Translations under genes and position numbers: made by a program | Assembly (NCBI GenBank): GCA_963834325.1 | Contig: CAWIBL010000011.1 | Location: forward strand, 1,094,109 to 1,158,108 | Source of the DNA: an uncultured Acidobacteriota bacterium | Lineage (GTDB): Bacteria > Acidobacteriota > Vicinamibacteria > Vicinamibacterales > UBA2999 | DNA length: 64,000 nucleotides | Direction: 5' to 3' | In this document: positions 9,349-18,469 of the stretch, piece by piece | Numbering within the stretch: the first letter of the stretch is position 1 | Layout of the letters: the number at the start of each line of letters is the position of its first letter | Notes under the pieces: model-generated | What the model saw: only the letters and a program-made list of their open reading frames with translations | Told to the model about the DNA's origin: nothing | Database searches by the model: none

Positions 9349-12121
9349 CCCCAAGCCGTTTCCCGATGCGCTCGCCGCGGCCATGGCCGACGGCGCCGCC
9401 ATCGACTGGCGGGCGGTGGAATCGGCGACCGCCGGCGTCACCCACGCCGACCTCGTGCGTCAGTTGCGCGTCATCGCCGCGATGCGCGGTGGGCAGGGCG
9501 CTACGCTTGCCGGCGCGCGCCCCTGGCTCAGGCAGGCCGTGGCCGTGTCGTTCGTCCTGGGTGTGGCCCTGGCCGCGCTCAAAGTGCTGGTGGCGCTGGC
9601 CTTCGTGCCGGCCACGCTGGAGCGCCTGTCGCCCGGCGCGCCGATCGCGCCGTTCGTGCTCAACCTGGCCATCTTCGGCCTCGGCGGACTGGTGCTGGTG
9701 CTTGGCGGCGGACGCGACCGGCGCCTGCAGTTGCTGGGCGGGCTCTACCTGACCATCGCGGTCGCGTTCGTCGACCCGTTCCTCTCCCCGGCGTCAGGAT
9801 TTGCCGGCGCGCTTTCCGGCGCCCTGGCCATGTGCCGGCCGGAGTCCTTCATCGCGCTGGCGGTCTGGCTGTTTGCCTGGGCCTTCCCCGGTGAGCCTGT
9901 CGGCCGGCGCGCGCGGGTGTGGGCCGGCGCGATGGTCGCGGTGGCGACCGCGGCGGCCGTCGTGCTCTTTGCGGCCACGGCTCTGCGGATGCAACCGGCC
10001 TGGCCGATCACCGACCCGGTGGTGATGGCCGTCCTCGAAGCGCTGAATCGCAGCACGCCGAGCTCGCTCTACTTCCCGCTGCTCTTTGCTATTGCGTTGC
10101 CCGCCGTCCCGTTTCTCGTAGCCAAGTCCCGGCTCGAATCGGCTGGCCGCCGGCGCCAGGTCACCTGGTTCCTGGCCGCCCTGGCGCTCGGCCTGACGCC
10201 GATGCTGGTGGCCGTCGTCGCCACGCCGTTCGTGCCTGCCTTGAGCGATCCGGCGGTGCGCCAGCCGATAGGCGTCCTGCTTTACCTGGCGCTCGGCCTG
10301 ATCGTGCCGATGACGGCCTATGCCGTGGCCGTGAACCACGTGATGGACCTGCAGTTCGTCATCCGCGCCACGCTGCAGTACGCGCTGGCGCGCTACGCGA
10401 TCTGGGCCGCGATTCTGGCGCCGCTCACCTATCTGGCGCTGGATGTCTTCGTGAACCGCGGCCTCACCTTCCTCGAGTATCTGGAGGCCCGCCACCCGAG
10501 CGCCCTGCTCGCCCTGTCGGGCTTCGGCTTCGTGGCCCTGACCTTCCGCTCGCAGCTCGTCGGCGCCGTGGACCGGTGGTTCCTGCGGGAACCGCTCGAT
10601 CCGGCGCACGCGCTGGCGCGCCTGGAGCACCGTTTCCGGTCCAGCGAGAGCCTGCGCGGCATCAGCCTGGCCCTCGGCGACGAGCTGACGACGGCGCTGC
10701 ATGCCGAGCGCGCCACGGTGCTGCTGCTGGCCGAAGACGGTGCGTCGCTCGTGGCCCTCGACGGCTCGGTCCCGCCCTTGCCGCGCGGCGCCGTGCTCCT
10801 GGATCTGCTGCAGTCCACCCGGTCCGAGGTGCAGGTGGATGCGCGGTCGGCCATTGCGCGGCTGCTGCCCGATCTGGAGCAAGCGTGGCTGAGCGAGAGC
10901 GGCGCGCAGCTCTTGTCGCCGCTCCTCGGCTCGTCTGGCGCCCTGCTCGGCGTTGCCGCCATCGGCGCGGCCGTGCACCGCCTGCCCTATACGCCGAACC
11001 ACGTCGCGCTGGTCACGGCGATGTGCGGTCACGCGGCCATGCAGCTCGAGAACCGCCGGCTGCGGGAAACCCAGGCCGACCCCTTACGGCGGCCCGCGCC
11101 GCCTCTTGCCGGCGTCGGCTGGCGGGACGAACCGGCCGCCTGGTGCCCGCGGTGCTCCGAAACCTCGGCGCCGGACACACGGCGTTGCCGCTGCGGCGCC
11201 GCCACCCGGTCGGCGGTGCTGCCGCTCTTCGTCAACGGCAAGTTCCGGCTGCAGCGGTTCCTCGGCGCCGGCGGCACCGGCGTCGTCTACCTGGCCACCG
11301 ATCTCGCCCTGGACCGCAAGGTGGCGATCAAGACGCTGCCGGCCATGCGGCGGGAGTACGCCGAACGTCTCCGCCGGGAAGCCCGGGCCATGGCCTCGGT
11401 GCTCCATCCGAACCTGGCGACGATCTACGGCACCGAGGAGTGGCAGGATACGCCGCTGCTCGTCGTCGAGTACCTGGAAGGCGGGACGCTGCTCGACTGG
11501 CTCGCCCGCGGGCCATCGCCCATCGGGGAGGCCCTCGATCTCGGCATCATGCTGGCCGACGCGCTCGATCGGGTGCACGGCTCCGGCGTCCTGCACCGCG
11601 ACATCAAGCCCAGCAATATCGGCTACACCGCCGACGGCGTGCCGAAGCTACTCGATTTCGGTCTGGCGGCCATGCTCGACCGGTCGCAGGGGCCGGACGC
11701 GACCGCGGCCGTGATGCCGGCCGATCCGGTGGAGCTGGCGGCGCGGTTCCAAGGCGTGAAGGCCTCGTCGACGCTGACCATCACCCACCAGGTCGTGGGC
11801 ACGCCCTTGTATCTGTCTCCCGAAGCGCTCGCCGGGTCGGCGCCGCAGGAATCGTTCGACCTGTGGAGCCTGAACATGGTGCTCCACGAGGCCATCGCCG
11901 GACGCCACCCGCTGGCCGGCCGTTCGGTGACCGAGGTCGTGGCGGCGATTCAGCACGAGCCCCTGCCCGATGTGCGCGACGCGCGACCGGAATGCCCCGC
12001 CGCGGTCGCGTCCTTCCTCAACGACGCGCTGTCGCGGGTCGCGGCCCGGCGCCCGGCCACCGCCGGGCACCTCCGCACCGAGCTGCGCGGCCTGCGCGCC
12101 CGACTCGACGCCGGCCAGTAG
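9335..12121 (+). CDS. Polytopic membrane Ser/Thr protein kinase with a C-terminal kinase domain; likely partner of the ECF sigma factor
   Basis: 928-aa intact ORF. The GTG at 9335 overlaps the sigma stop by 14 nt; an alternative ATG lies at 9383. There are about 8-9 TM helices, a cytoplasmic middle domain, and the Cys pairs CPRCSETSAPDTRRCRCG. The kinase motifs are GAGGTGVVYLA, VAIK, HRDIKPSNIG, DFGLA and GTPLYLSPE. Confidence 0.9.
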   Translation: MARGSPKPFPDALAAAMADGAAIDWRAVESATAGVTHADLVRQLRVIAAMRGGQGATLAGARPWLRQAVAVSFVLGVALAALKVLVALAFVPATLERLSPGAPIAPFVLNLAIFGLGGLVLVLGGGRDRRLQLLGGLYLTIAVAFVDPFLSPASGFAGALSGALAMCRPESFIALAVWLFAWAFPGEPVGRRARVWAGAMVAVATAAAVVLFAATALRMQPAWPITDPVVMAVLEALNRSTPSSLYFPLLFAIALPAVPFLVAKSRLESAGRRRQVTWFLAALALGLTPMLVAVVATPFVPALSDPAVRQPIGVLLYLALGLIVPMTAYAVAVNHVMDLQFVIRATLQYALARYAIWAAILAPLTYLALDVFVNRGLTFLEYLEARHPSALLALSGFGFVALTFRSQLVGAVDRWFLREPLDPAHALARLEHRFRSSESLRGISLALGDELTTALHAERATVLLLAEDGASLVALDGSVPPLPRGAVLLDLLQSTRSEVQVDARSAIARLLPDLEQAWLSESGAQLLSPLLGSSGALLGVAAIGAAVHRLPYTPNHVALVTAMCGHAAMQLENRRLRETQADPLRRPAPPLAGVGWRDEPAAWCPRCSETSAPDTRRCRCGAATRSAVLPLFVNGKFRLQRFLGAGGTGVVYLATDLALDRKVAIKTLPAMRREYAERLRREARAMASVLHPNLATIYGTEEWQDTPLLVVEYLEGGTLLDWLARGPSPIGEALDLGIMLADALDRVHGSGVLHRDIKPSNIGYTADGVPKLLDFGLAAMLDRSQGPDATAAVMPADPVELAARFQGVKASSTLTITHQVVGTPLYLSPEALAGSAPQESFDLWSLNMVLHEAIAGRHPLAGRSVTEVVAAIQHEPLPDVRDARPECPAAVASFLNDALSRVAARRPATAGHLRTELRGLRARLDAGQ

Positions 12122-12203
12122 TCCTCGAGCCTGCCTCCTGTACGAGATCCGCCCCGCCGGCGTTCTCACCTGGTACGGCCTGGCCGATTCCTGAGGTGAC
12201 GTA

Positions 12204-12542
12204 ATGCCGGTAGAGTCCATCGATTTCATCCTGAACGACTGTCTGCTGGCGGCCGGCCAGGGCATTGGCACCGAGAAATCCGTGGATTTCGACGTGGTGG
12301 TCTGGTGGCGCACCCGCTACCGGGGGTTCTTCCTCCACGCCATGAGCGCCCACGGCAATTCCTGGGCGGCCGACCGACACCGCGTCACGGCGGTAGGGCG
12401 CTACCTGGGCCAGCGTGCGCTGCATCACGCCAGCAGCTCGCCCTCGGTCGACCTGCGGGCCGCCGAGCTGGCCTCGCGCGACGTGGAAACCGGCTGCCAG
12501 ATGAGCGCCGCGCGCGACGGACTCGGCGCTGCCGCCCTTTAA
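12204..12542 (+). CDS. Hypothetical protein, paralog A (unknown family)
   Basis: 112-aa ORF with GAGGTG 6 nt upstream of the ATG. It is about 40% identical over ~100 aa to the next ORF (IDFILNDCLLAAGQGIG / VDVILDDCFLSIGQAVG; GNSW / GNRW; VTAV; DVETGCQ / DVERYCQ). Confidence 0.6.
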   Translation: MPVESIDFILNDCLLAAGQGIGTEKSVDFDVVVWWRTRYRGFFLHAMSAHGNSWAADRHRVTAVGRYLGQRALHHASSSPSVDLRAAELASRDVETGCQMSAARDGLGAAAL

Positions 12543-12572
12543 CTGTTTGACATTCGCCATACGGAGGATCAG

Positions 12573-13055
12573 ATGAACATCGACCCGATTCGCCAGGACG
12601 TTCCCCCGAGCCCGTTTGCCCACGTCGCCACGTCGCCGGCCGCCACGACCCCGGACCAGACCCTGGCGCACGAGCGCGCCGTCGATGTCATCCTCGACGA
12701 TTGTTTCCTGAGCATCGGCCAGGCGGTCGGGCTGCGGGCCACGTTCGACTACGAGGCCGTGCAATGGGTGCGCACCAACTTCCGCGCCAAGTTCCTGGCG
12801 GCCATGCGCCACTTCGGGAACCGCTGGCTCGAGGATTGCGCGACCGTGACGGCCGTGTGCGCCATGCTCGGCGAGCGCGCGGTGCGCCACGCCAACGGCG
12901 CACCCGCGATCGACGTCGAAGCGGCGCGGAAGGCCTCGGCGGATGTCGAGCGCTACTGCCAGCTGCACGCGGCCCGGCGCAGCGGAGCGCGCGGCGCCTC
13001 GACGGAGGCCGCCACCGCGCTCATCGCCGGCTACTGGTGCACGTGGGAGCCCTAG
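12573..13055 (+). CDS. Hypothetical protein, paralog B (unknown family)
   Basis: 160-aa ORF with GGAGGA 6 nt upstream of the ATG. It is homologous to 12204..12542 and has extra N- and C-terminal extensions. Confidence 0.65.
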   Translation: MNIDPIRQDVPPSPFAHVATSPAATTPDQTLAHERAVDVILDDCFLSIGQAVGLRATFDYEAVQWVRTNFRAKFLAAMRHFGNRWLEDCATVTAVCAMLGERAVRHANGAPAIDVEAARKASADVERYCQLHAARRSGARGASTEAATALIAGYWCTWEP

Positions 13056-13077
13056 ACACACGACGGTGCTGTCGCCT

Positions 13078-13116
13078 GCCGGTCACGGCCGTCCCACCGA
13101 CGGCGGCCGTGCCGGC
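13078..13116 (+). other. GC-rich stem-loop (possible terminator or RNA element) between paralog B and the histidine kinase
   Basis: GCCGGTCACGGCCG, then a 12-nt loop, then CGGCCGTGCCGGC. This gives 13 pairs with one bulge. No U-tract follows. Confidence 0.3.
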
Positions 13117-13142
13117 AGTGGTGTGGACCGGCGATCGCGGGA

Positions 13143-13880
13143 GTGAGGACTCAGGTGGCTAGCCAGGAGAGCGACAAGCAGGGGATCGACTTCATTCGCC
13201 GGCTGGCGGCCGGCACGGCGCACGACGTCAACAACCTCCTGCTGCTGATGAACGGCTGCGCCGAACTGGCGCTGGACGACGGATCGCTGAGTGCTGATAC
13301 GCGGAAGCTCCTGACCGACATCCTGGCCGCCGGGGCGCGGGCCGGCGTCCTGACCCGGCAGTTCATCAATCTGGGGCGGCCGCCGGTCACGCCGGCGGTG
13401 GGCGTCGACGTGGCGGCGCTGCTGCGGTCGTCCGACCTGCTCTTGCGTCGCCTGGTCGGCGAGCGTGTCAAGCTCGACCTCGACCCGGGCCCGGCACCGC
13501 TGTGGGTGCAGAGCGATCCCAGTCAGGTCGAACAAATCGTCGTCAACCTCGCGCTCAATGCGCGCGATGCCATGCCCAAAGGGGGCACGCTCACGATCAC
13601 CGCCGATTCGGTGACGGGGCCGGCGCGGCGCGCGCGGCTCACGGTCAGCGACACGGGCGGCGGCATCGATCCGGCGATCCGCGGCCGCATGTACGAGCCT
13701 TACGTCACGACCAAGGGAGGCGCCAACCACTGCGGGCTGGGCCTGGCCGTAGTGCGGTCGATCGTGGACCAGCTGGGTGGCTCCATCCAGGTGGCGACGG
13801 CCCTGCGACAGGGCACCACCTTCACCATCGAGCTGCCGCAGCGGGACGAGTCCGGCCCGGCGGCCGGCGCCGGCGCCTGA
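13143..13880 (+). CDS. Soluble histidine kinase core (HisKA + HATPase_c) with no sensor domain
   Basis: The H-box AHDVNNLL lies within 30 aa of the N-terminus. The N-box is VNLALNARDAM, the G1 box is DTGGGI and the G2 box is GLGLAVV. There is no TM or PAS segment. The start is the GTG at 13143 or the GTG at 13155, which has GAGGA 5 nt upstream. Confidence 0.85.
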   Translation: MRTQVASQESDKQGIDFIRRLAAGTAHDVNNLLLLMNGCAELALDDGSLSADTRKLLTDILAAGARAGVLTRQFINLGRPPVTPAVGVDVAALLRSSDLLLRRLVGERVKLDLDPGPAPLWVQSDPSQVEQIVVNLALNARDAMPKGGTLTITADSVTGPARRARLTVSDTGGGIDPAIRGRMYEPYVTTKGGANHCGLGLAVVRSIVDQLGGSIQVATALRQGTTFTIELPQRDESGPAAGAGA

Positions 13881-13924
13881 CGGATCGCCTTGCACCCGCC
13901 CGGCCGATCGGGTCAGATCGCGCC

Positions 13925-15407
13925 ATGCCGTCCCCATCCGATCGCCGTCAGTTCCTGGGCGCGATGTCGCTCGCCGGTCTTGGCAGCCTCGCCGCTCCGG
14001 CCGGCCCGGTCCCAGCCGCTGCCGCGCCGGTCCAGCCGCAGGGCGATGCCGGCGAGGCGCGTAGCGGGGTCACGCGCGCCCTGGCCCGCTACGTGGTGGA
14101 GGCCCGCGCTGCGGATGTGCCGCCGCCTGTCAGGAAGGAAGCCCGGCGCACGCTGCTGAACTGGATGGGCTGCGCCGTGGGCGGATCGCGGCACGAGACG
14201 CTCGATGCCGCGATCGGCGGCGCTGGCGCCGTTTTCCGGCCCGCCGCAGGCCGCCGTGCTCGGCCGACGCGACCGGATGGACGTGCTGCACGCCGCGCTG
14301 ATGAACGGCATCAGCTCGCACGTCTTCGACTTCGACGACACCCACCTCAAGACCGTGATCCACCCGGCCGGTCCGGTCGTGTCGGCGACTGCTGGCCCTG
14401 GCGGAGCACCGGCCGATGTCGGGCGCCGACTTCCTGCACGCGATGATTCTCGGCGTCGAGGTGGAGTGCCGCATCGGCAACGCCGTCTATCCGGCGCACT
14501 ACGACCGCGGCTGGCACATCACCGGCACCGCCGGCGTCTTCGGCGCGGCCGCGGCGTGCGGCAAGGCGCTCGGGCTCACCGAGCAGCAGATGGTGTGGGC
14601 GCTCGGGCTGGCGGCGACGCAGCCGGTCGGCCTGCGCGAGATGTTCGGTTCGATGACCAAGAGCTTCCATCCCGGCCGCGCCGCCCAGAACGGCCTGACG
14701 GCGGCGCTGCTCGCGGCCGCGCAACTTCACGAGCACGGAGGTCGGCCTCGAAGCGAAGAGCGGCTGGGCCAACGTGCTCAGCACCACCCGCAACTTCCAC
14801 GAGATCACCGGCAAGCTCGGCGGCAGCTACGAGATCGCCCTCAACACCTACAAGCCGTTTGCGTGCGGCATCGTCATCCACCCGACCATCGATGCCTGCG
14901 TCCAGTTGCGCAACCGAGCACACCCTGACTGCCAGCGACATCGAGCGCATCGATCTCAGCGTGCATCCGCTGGTGCTGGAGCTGACCGGCAAGAAGACGC
15001 CGCAGACCGGGCTCGAAAGCAAGTTCAGCGTTTATTTCGCGGCGGCGCTGGCCATCGTCCGCGGCTCGGCCGGCATGCGCGACTTCAGCGACGAGAACGC
15101 CCGCGATCCGGTCATCGTGGCGCTGCGCGACCGCGTCGTCGCCACGATCGATCCGGCGGTGAAGGAAGATCAGGTGCGGGCCCGGATCACGCTGGCGGAC
15201 GGGCGCGTCGTGAGCCACTTCGTGGAGCACGTGGTCGGCAGCCTCGAGCGCCCCATGAGCGACGCCGACCTCGAAGCCAAGGCGCTCGACCTGATGAAAG
15301 GCGTGCTGCCCGACGCGCAGGCGCGGGCCCTGCTCGACCTGTGCTGGAAGGTGGACGATCTGCCGGGCGCCGCGGCGCTGGCGGAGGCGGGCGTGCCGCC
15401 GGCCTGA
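13925..15407 (+). pseudogene. MmgE/PrpD-family protein with a Tat signal; four +1 frame breaks (~14215, ~14388, ~14719, ~14915)
   Basis: The pieces run MPSPSDRRQFLGAMSLAGLG.., then ..MNGISSHVFDFDDTH.., then ..RGWHITGTAGVFGAAAACG.., then ..YKPFACGIVIHPTIDAC.., then ..EHTLTASDIERIDL. They lie in frames 2, 0, 1, 2, 0 in turn. Each junction is repaired by removing one base. Confidence 0.85.
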
Positions 15408-15420
15408 TCACGGCCACCCC

Positions 15421-16654
15421 TCAGTCGGCCCACACCTGCGCCAGCTCCACGATCACGTCGACCGCCTTCTCCATGTCCTGCACCGACACCCACTCGAAGC
15501 GCGAGTGGAAGTTCTGCTCGCCGGCAAAGAGGTTGGGCGTCGGCAGGCCCATGAACGACAGGCGCGAGCCGTCGGTGCCGCCGCGGATGGCCCGTTCGCG
15601 CACCGGCAGGCCGGCCCGGGCGATGGCCTGGCGGGCCCGGTCGACGACGAGCGGGTGCTGGTCGAGGACCTCGCGCATGTTGCGGTACTGCTCCTCCACC
15701 TCGACACTCCACGGCCGCCCCCGGCACCTCGTCGACCACCTCCTGCGCCAGCCCGCGCAGCCACGCCTCCTTCTCGAGCAGGCCCGCCGTGGCGAAGTCG
15801 CGCACGATCAGCTTCACCGTGGTCCGATCGACGCCGGCCTGCACGTCGTAGGGGTGCACGAAGCCCTCGCGCCCCGCCGTCGTTTCGGGCGACAAGCGAT
15901 CGGCCGGGAGGCGATCGATGAAGCGGGCCGCCAGCTTGACGGCGTTCACCATGCGGCCGGCGGCGTAGCCGGGGTGGGTGTTGATGCCGCGGAAGGCCAA
16001 GGTGATGGCGTCGGCGGCGAAGCTCTCGTACTCCAGCTCGCCGCGCGCCCCGCCGTCCATCGTGTAGGCATAGCGCGCGCCGAACCGGGCCACGTCGAAG
16101 TAGGTCGTGCCGTGGCCGATCTCCTCGTCCGGGGTGAAGGCGATGCGAAGCGGGCCGTGCGCAATCCCGGGATGCGCCATCAGGTATGCGGCGGCGGTCA
16201 TGATTTCGGCCACGCCGCTCTTGTTGTCGGCGCCGAGCAGCGTCGTCCCCGAGGCGGTGACGATGTCGTGGCCCAGGCACTCGCCCAGGTAGGGCAGGTC
16301 GGCCACGCGCAACACGGTCCGAGGGTCGTCGGGCAGCACCAGGTCGCGGCCGTCGTAGGCGCGGTGCACGAGTGGCCTGACACCGGCGCCACTCATCTCG
16401 GGCGACGTGTCCACGTGCGCGATGAAGCCAATGACCGGCACATCCGGCCGCGAGGTGGTGGCCGGGATGGTGGCCATCACGTAGCCGTGCGCGTCGATGG
16501 CGGCGTCGGCGACGCCCATCGCGTGCAGCTCGGTCACGAGGTCGCGCAGCAGGACCAGTTGACCGGCGGTGCTGGGATAGGTGCCGGTGCCTTCGCGCGA
16601 CTGCGTGTCGTAGGAGACGTAGCGGAGGAACCGGTCGAGCACGGACGTGGCCAT
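15421..16654 (-). pseudogene. pepT: Peptidase T (M20B tripeptide aminopeptidase); one frame break at ~15715
   Basis: The sequence reads MATSVLDRFLRYVSYDTQS, then GFIAHVDTSPE, LGADNKSG and FTPDEEIGHG. The C-terminus continues in ORF 15421..15699 (EEQYRNMREVL..GGTDGSRLSF). Removing one base restores ..AAVEVEVEEQYRNM. Confidence 0.9.
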
Positions 16655-16669
16655 GCTAAGGGCCCCCTT

Positions 16670-17152
16670 CTAGTTCCATACCCCGAGGGCCTTGCGCACC
16701 GCCACCATCTGACCGACGTGGTAGGAGACGTGATCGGCCGCGAGCAGCAACGCGCGCAAGTAGGTCTGCGAGGCTTCCCCGGTGGGCACCGTGGCGGTGA
16801 GATCGGTCACCTCGCGCGCCAGTTGCTGTAGCCGTTCCCGAGACGCCGTGCAGGCCGCGATGCTGTCCAACCACGCGGCCTCGTCGGCCGGCGCCGGCCG
16901 CTTCGGCCAGTAGTCGCCGGGCCAGGTCCGGTCGTGCACGTACTTGGCGTTCACGCAGAAATCGAGGATGTCGTCCTGCGCGATGCGGATGTGCTCGAGC
17001 AGTTGCCAGGGCGAGTGCTCGAAGCCGGGCGGGTGCACGCCGCGGGCGTGGGCCGGAATGCCGTCCACCGCCTTGTCGAAGCCGACGTGCGCGTCCTCCC
17101 AGTTCAACACCTGGACCAGGTGTTGGCGGATGACATCGTTGGGTCGTGGCAT
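16670..17152 (-). CDS. DinB-family protein
   Basis: ATG at 17152 (MPRPNDVIRQHL). The pattern SPWQLLEHIRIAQDDI .. DHVSYHVGQMV is a typical DinB His triad. Confidence 0.8.
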   Translation of the reverse strand: MPRPNDVIRQHLVQVLNWEDAHVGFDKAVDGIPAHARGVHPPGFEHSPWQLLEHIRIAQDDILDFCVNAKYVHDRTWPGDYWPKRPAPADEAAWLDSIAACTASRERLQQLAREVTDLTATVPTGEASQTYLRALLLAADHVSYHVGQMVAVRKALGVWN

Positions 17153-17207
17153 GGTCGCATCGCCTCCCTGGGCGCAGCTTAGCCCAGGGCGCGTGCGCGA
17201 CGTCCAC

Positions 17208-17549
17208 TCACGCCACGAGCGCGTCGAGCTTGGCAGCGCAGATGAAATCGTTCTCCGACAAGCCGCCGATCGCGTGCGTCGTGTAGGTGATCGTGCAGTA
17301 GCCCCAGCCGAACGCCACGTCCGGATGATGGCCCTGCTTGTCGCCGTGCCAGGCGGCCAGGTTGGCCAGTTGCACGGCTTTGGCAAAGCCCTTGAACTCG
17401 AAGCGCCGGGTGAGCGCCCCGGCCCCGGCGTCGAGCCGCCAGTCGGCATGCAGGTCGCCCAGCAGCCGGGCGCCGGCCTCGGCGTCGAGCGGCGGCGTGC
17501 CGCCCTCGCAGGGCTGGCAGGTGCGGTCGCGCAGGTCGCAGACGCTCAT
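17208..17549 (-). CDS. phhB: Pterin-4-alpha-carbinolamine dehydratase
   Basis: 113 aa from the ATG at 17549, overlapping the phhA stop as ATGA. The motifs are FKGFAKAVQLANLAAW, GHHPDV and LSENDFICAAKLD. Confidence 0.9.
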   Translation of the reverse strand: MSVCDLRDRTCQPCEGGTPPLDAEAGARLLGDLHADWRLDAGAGALTRRFEFKGFAKAVQLANLAAWHGDKQGHHPDVAFGWGYCTITYTTHAIGGLSENDFICAAKLDALVA

Positions 17550-18355
17550 GAGGCGAGCGCCGGCGCGGGCGCGTCCTTGGGCGGGAACTTGGGCGCGTGC
17601 AGCCCGAGCGATCGCGCCTCGGCGATGTCGGCCATCAGGTCGCGCTCGGCCACGCCGAACAGCTCGTCGAGGTTGTCGATGACGAAGTAGACGGGCTGAT
17701 GGATGTCGATGCGGTAGGGGGTGCGCAGGACGTCGATGACGTCGAACGGCCGGTACTCCGGCTCGCCGCCGACCGACCACGGCAGCTCGGTGGGCGAGGA
17801 GGCCAGGCCCGAACCCAGCGACTTGAGTTCGCCGTTCTCGCGGGTCAGGCCGAATTCAATCGAGAACCAGTAGAGGCGGATGAGCCACGAGTAGTCTTCT
17901 TTCGCGGCCCTGAGCCCAGCCTGGCCGATGGCGTGCGAGAAGCCGGCGAAGCGGGGATCGGCAAGCAGCGGGGAGTGACCGAAGATCTCGTGGAAGATGT
18001 CGGGCTCTTCGATGTAGTCGAAGTCTTTCCGCGACCGGATGAACGAGGCGGCCGGGAACTGGCGTTCGGCGAGCATGCCGAAGAAGCGCTTGAAGCCGAT
18101 GAGGGCCGGAACCGGCACCACGTTCCAACCCGTGCGGGCCCGCAGGATCTCCGAGACGTCGGGGCACTGCGGGACGCGGTCGAGCGGCAGGTTGACCGCG
18201 GCCAGGCCGTCCAGATAGGCCTTCGAGGCGTGACGGCGCACGTTGGGAATCTGCCGGGCGCACAGGTCGCGCCAGACCGCGTCTTCCTCGGGGGTGTAGG
18301 CGATGCGGCCGGACTCGTCAGGAATCTTGGCGACGTAAGACGTGGTGGCTGGCAT
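17546..18355 (-). CDS. phhA: Phenylalanine 4-hydroxylase (bacterial monomeric type)
   Basis: ATG at 18355 (MPATTSYVAKIP). The motifs are PDIFHEIFGHSPLLADPRFA, YWFSIEFGL and GAG-like LASSPTE. Confidence 0.9.
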   Translation of the reverse strand: MPATTSYVAKIPDESGRIAYTPEEDAVWRDLCARQIPNVRRHASKAYLDGLAAVNLPLDRVPQCPDVSEILRARTGWNVVPVPALIGFKRFFGMLAERQFPAASFIRSRKDFDYIEEPDIFHEIFGHSPLLADPRFAGFSHAIGQAGLRAAKEDYSWLIRLYWFSIEFGLTRENGELKSLGSGLASSPTELPWSVGGEPEYRPFDVIDVLRTPYRIDIHQPVYFVIDNLDELFGVAERDLMADIAEARSLGLHAPKFPPKDAPAPALAS

Positions 18356-18469
18356 GGTCAGCCGATATTGACCGGTGCGCGGTGAAATGGGTTGGCTATT
18401 CACGGGCAAAGAGCGCCGTAATGGCAATAGATTTCCTCGAAAAGCCGGTTAATAGGTATTCTGTGCCTC

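Noticed and set aside
8542-9441. Upper part of the 456-aa minus-strand ORF 8071..9441, plus ORFs 8615..9445(-) and 8649..9752(+)
   Set aside because: They overlap the well-supported ECF sigma gene in antisense or alternate frames. Only the last 156 codons (8071..8541) look like a real protein.
9794-12313. ORFs 9794..11032(-), 9919..12204(+), 11648..12313(-) and 12018..13061(-)
   Set aside because: They are alternate-frame or antisense ORFs inside the intact 928-aa kinase gene and the paralog pair. They have extreme Arg/Pro/Gly content and no motifs.
12204-13055. Toxin-antitoxin interpretation of the two adjacent small ORFs
   Set aside because: The two proteins are homologous to each other rather than a dissimilar toxin/antitoxin pair. 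They are separated by 30 nt with independent SD sites, and neither has a DNA-binding or nuclease motif.
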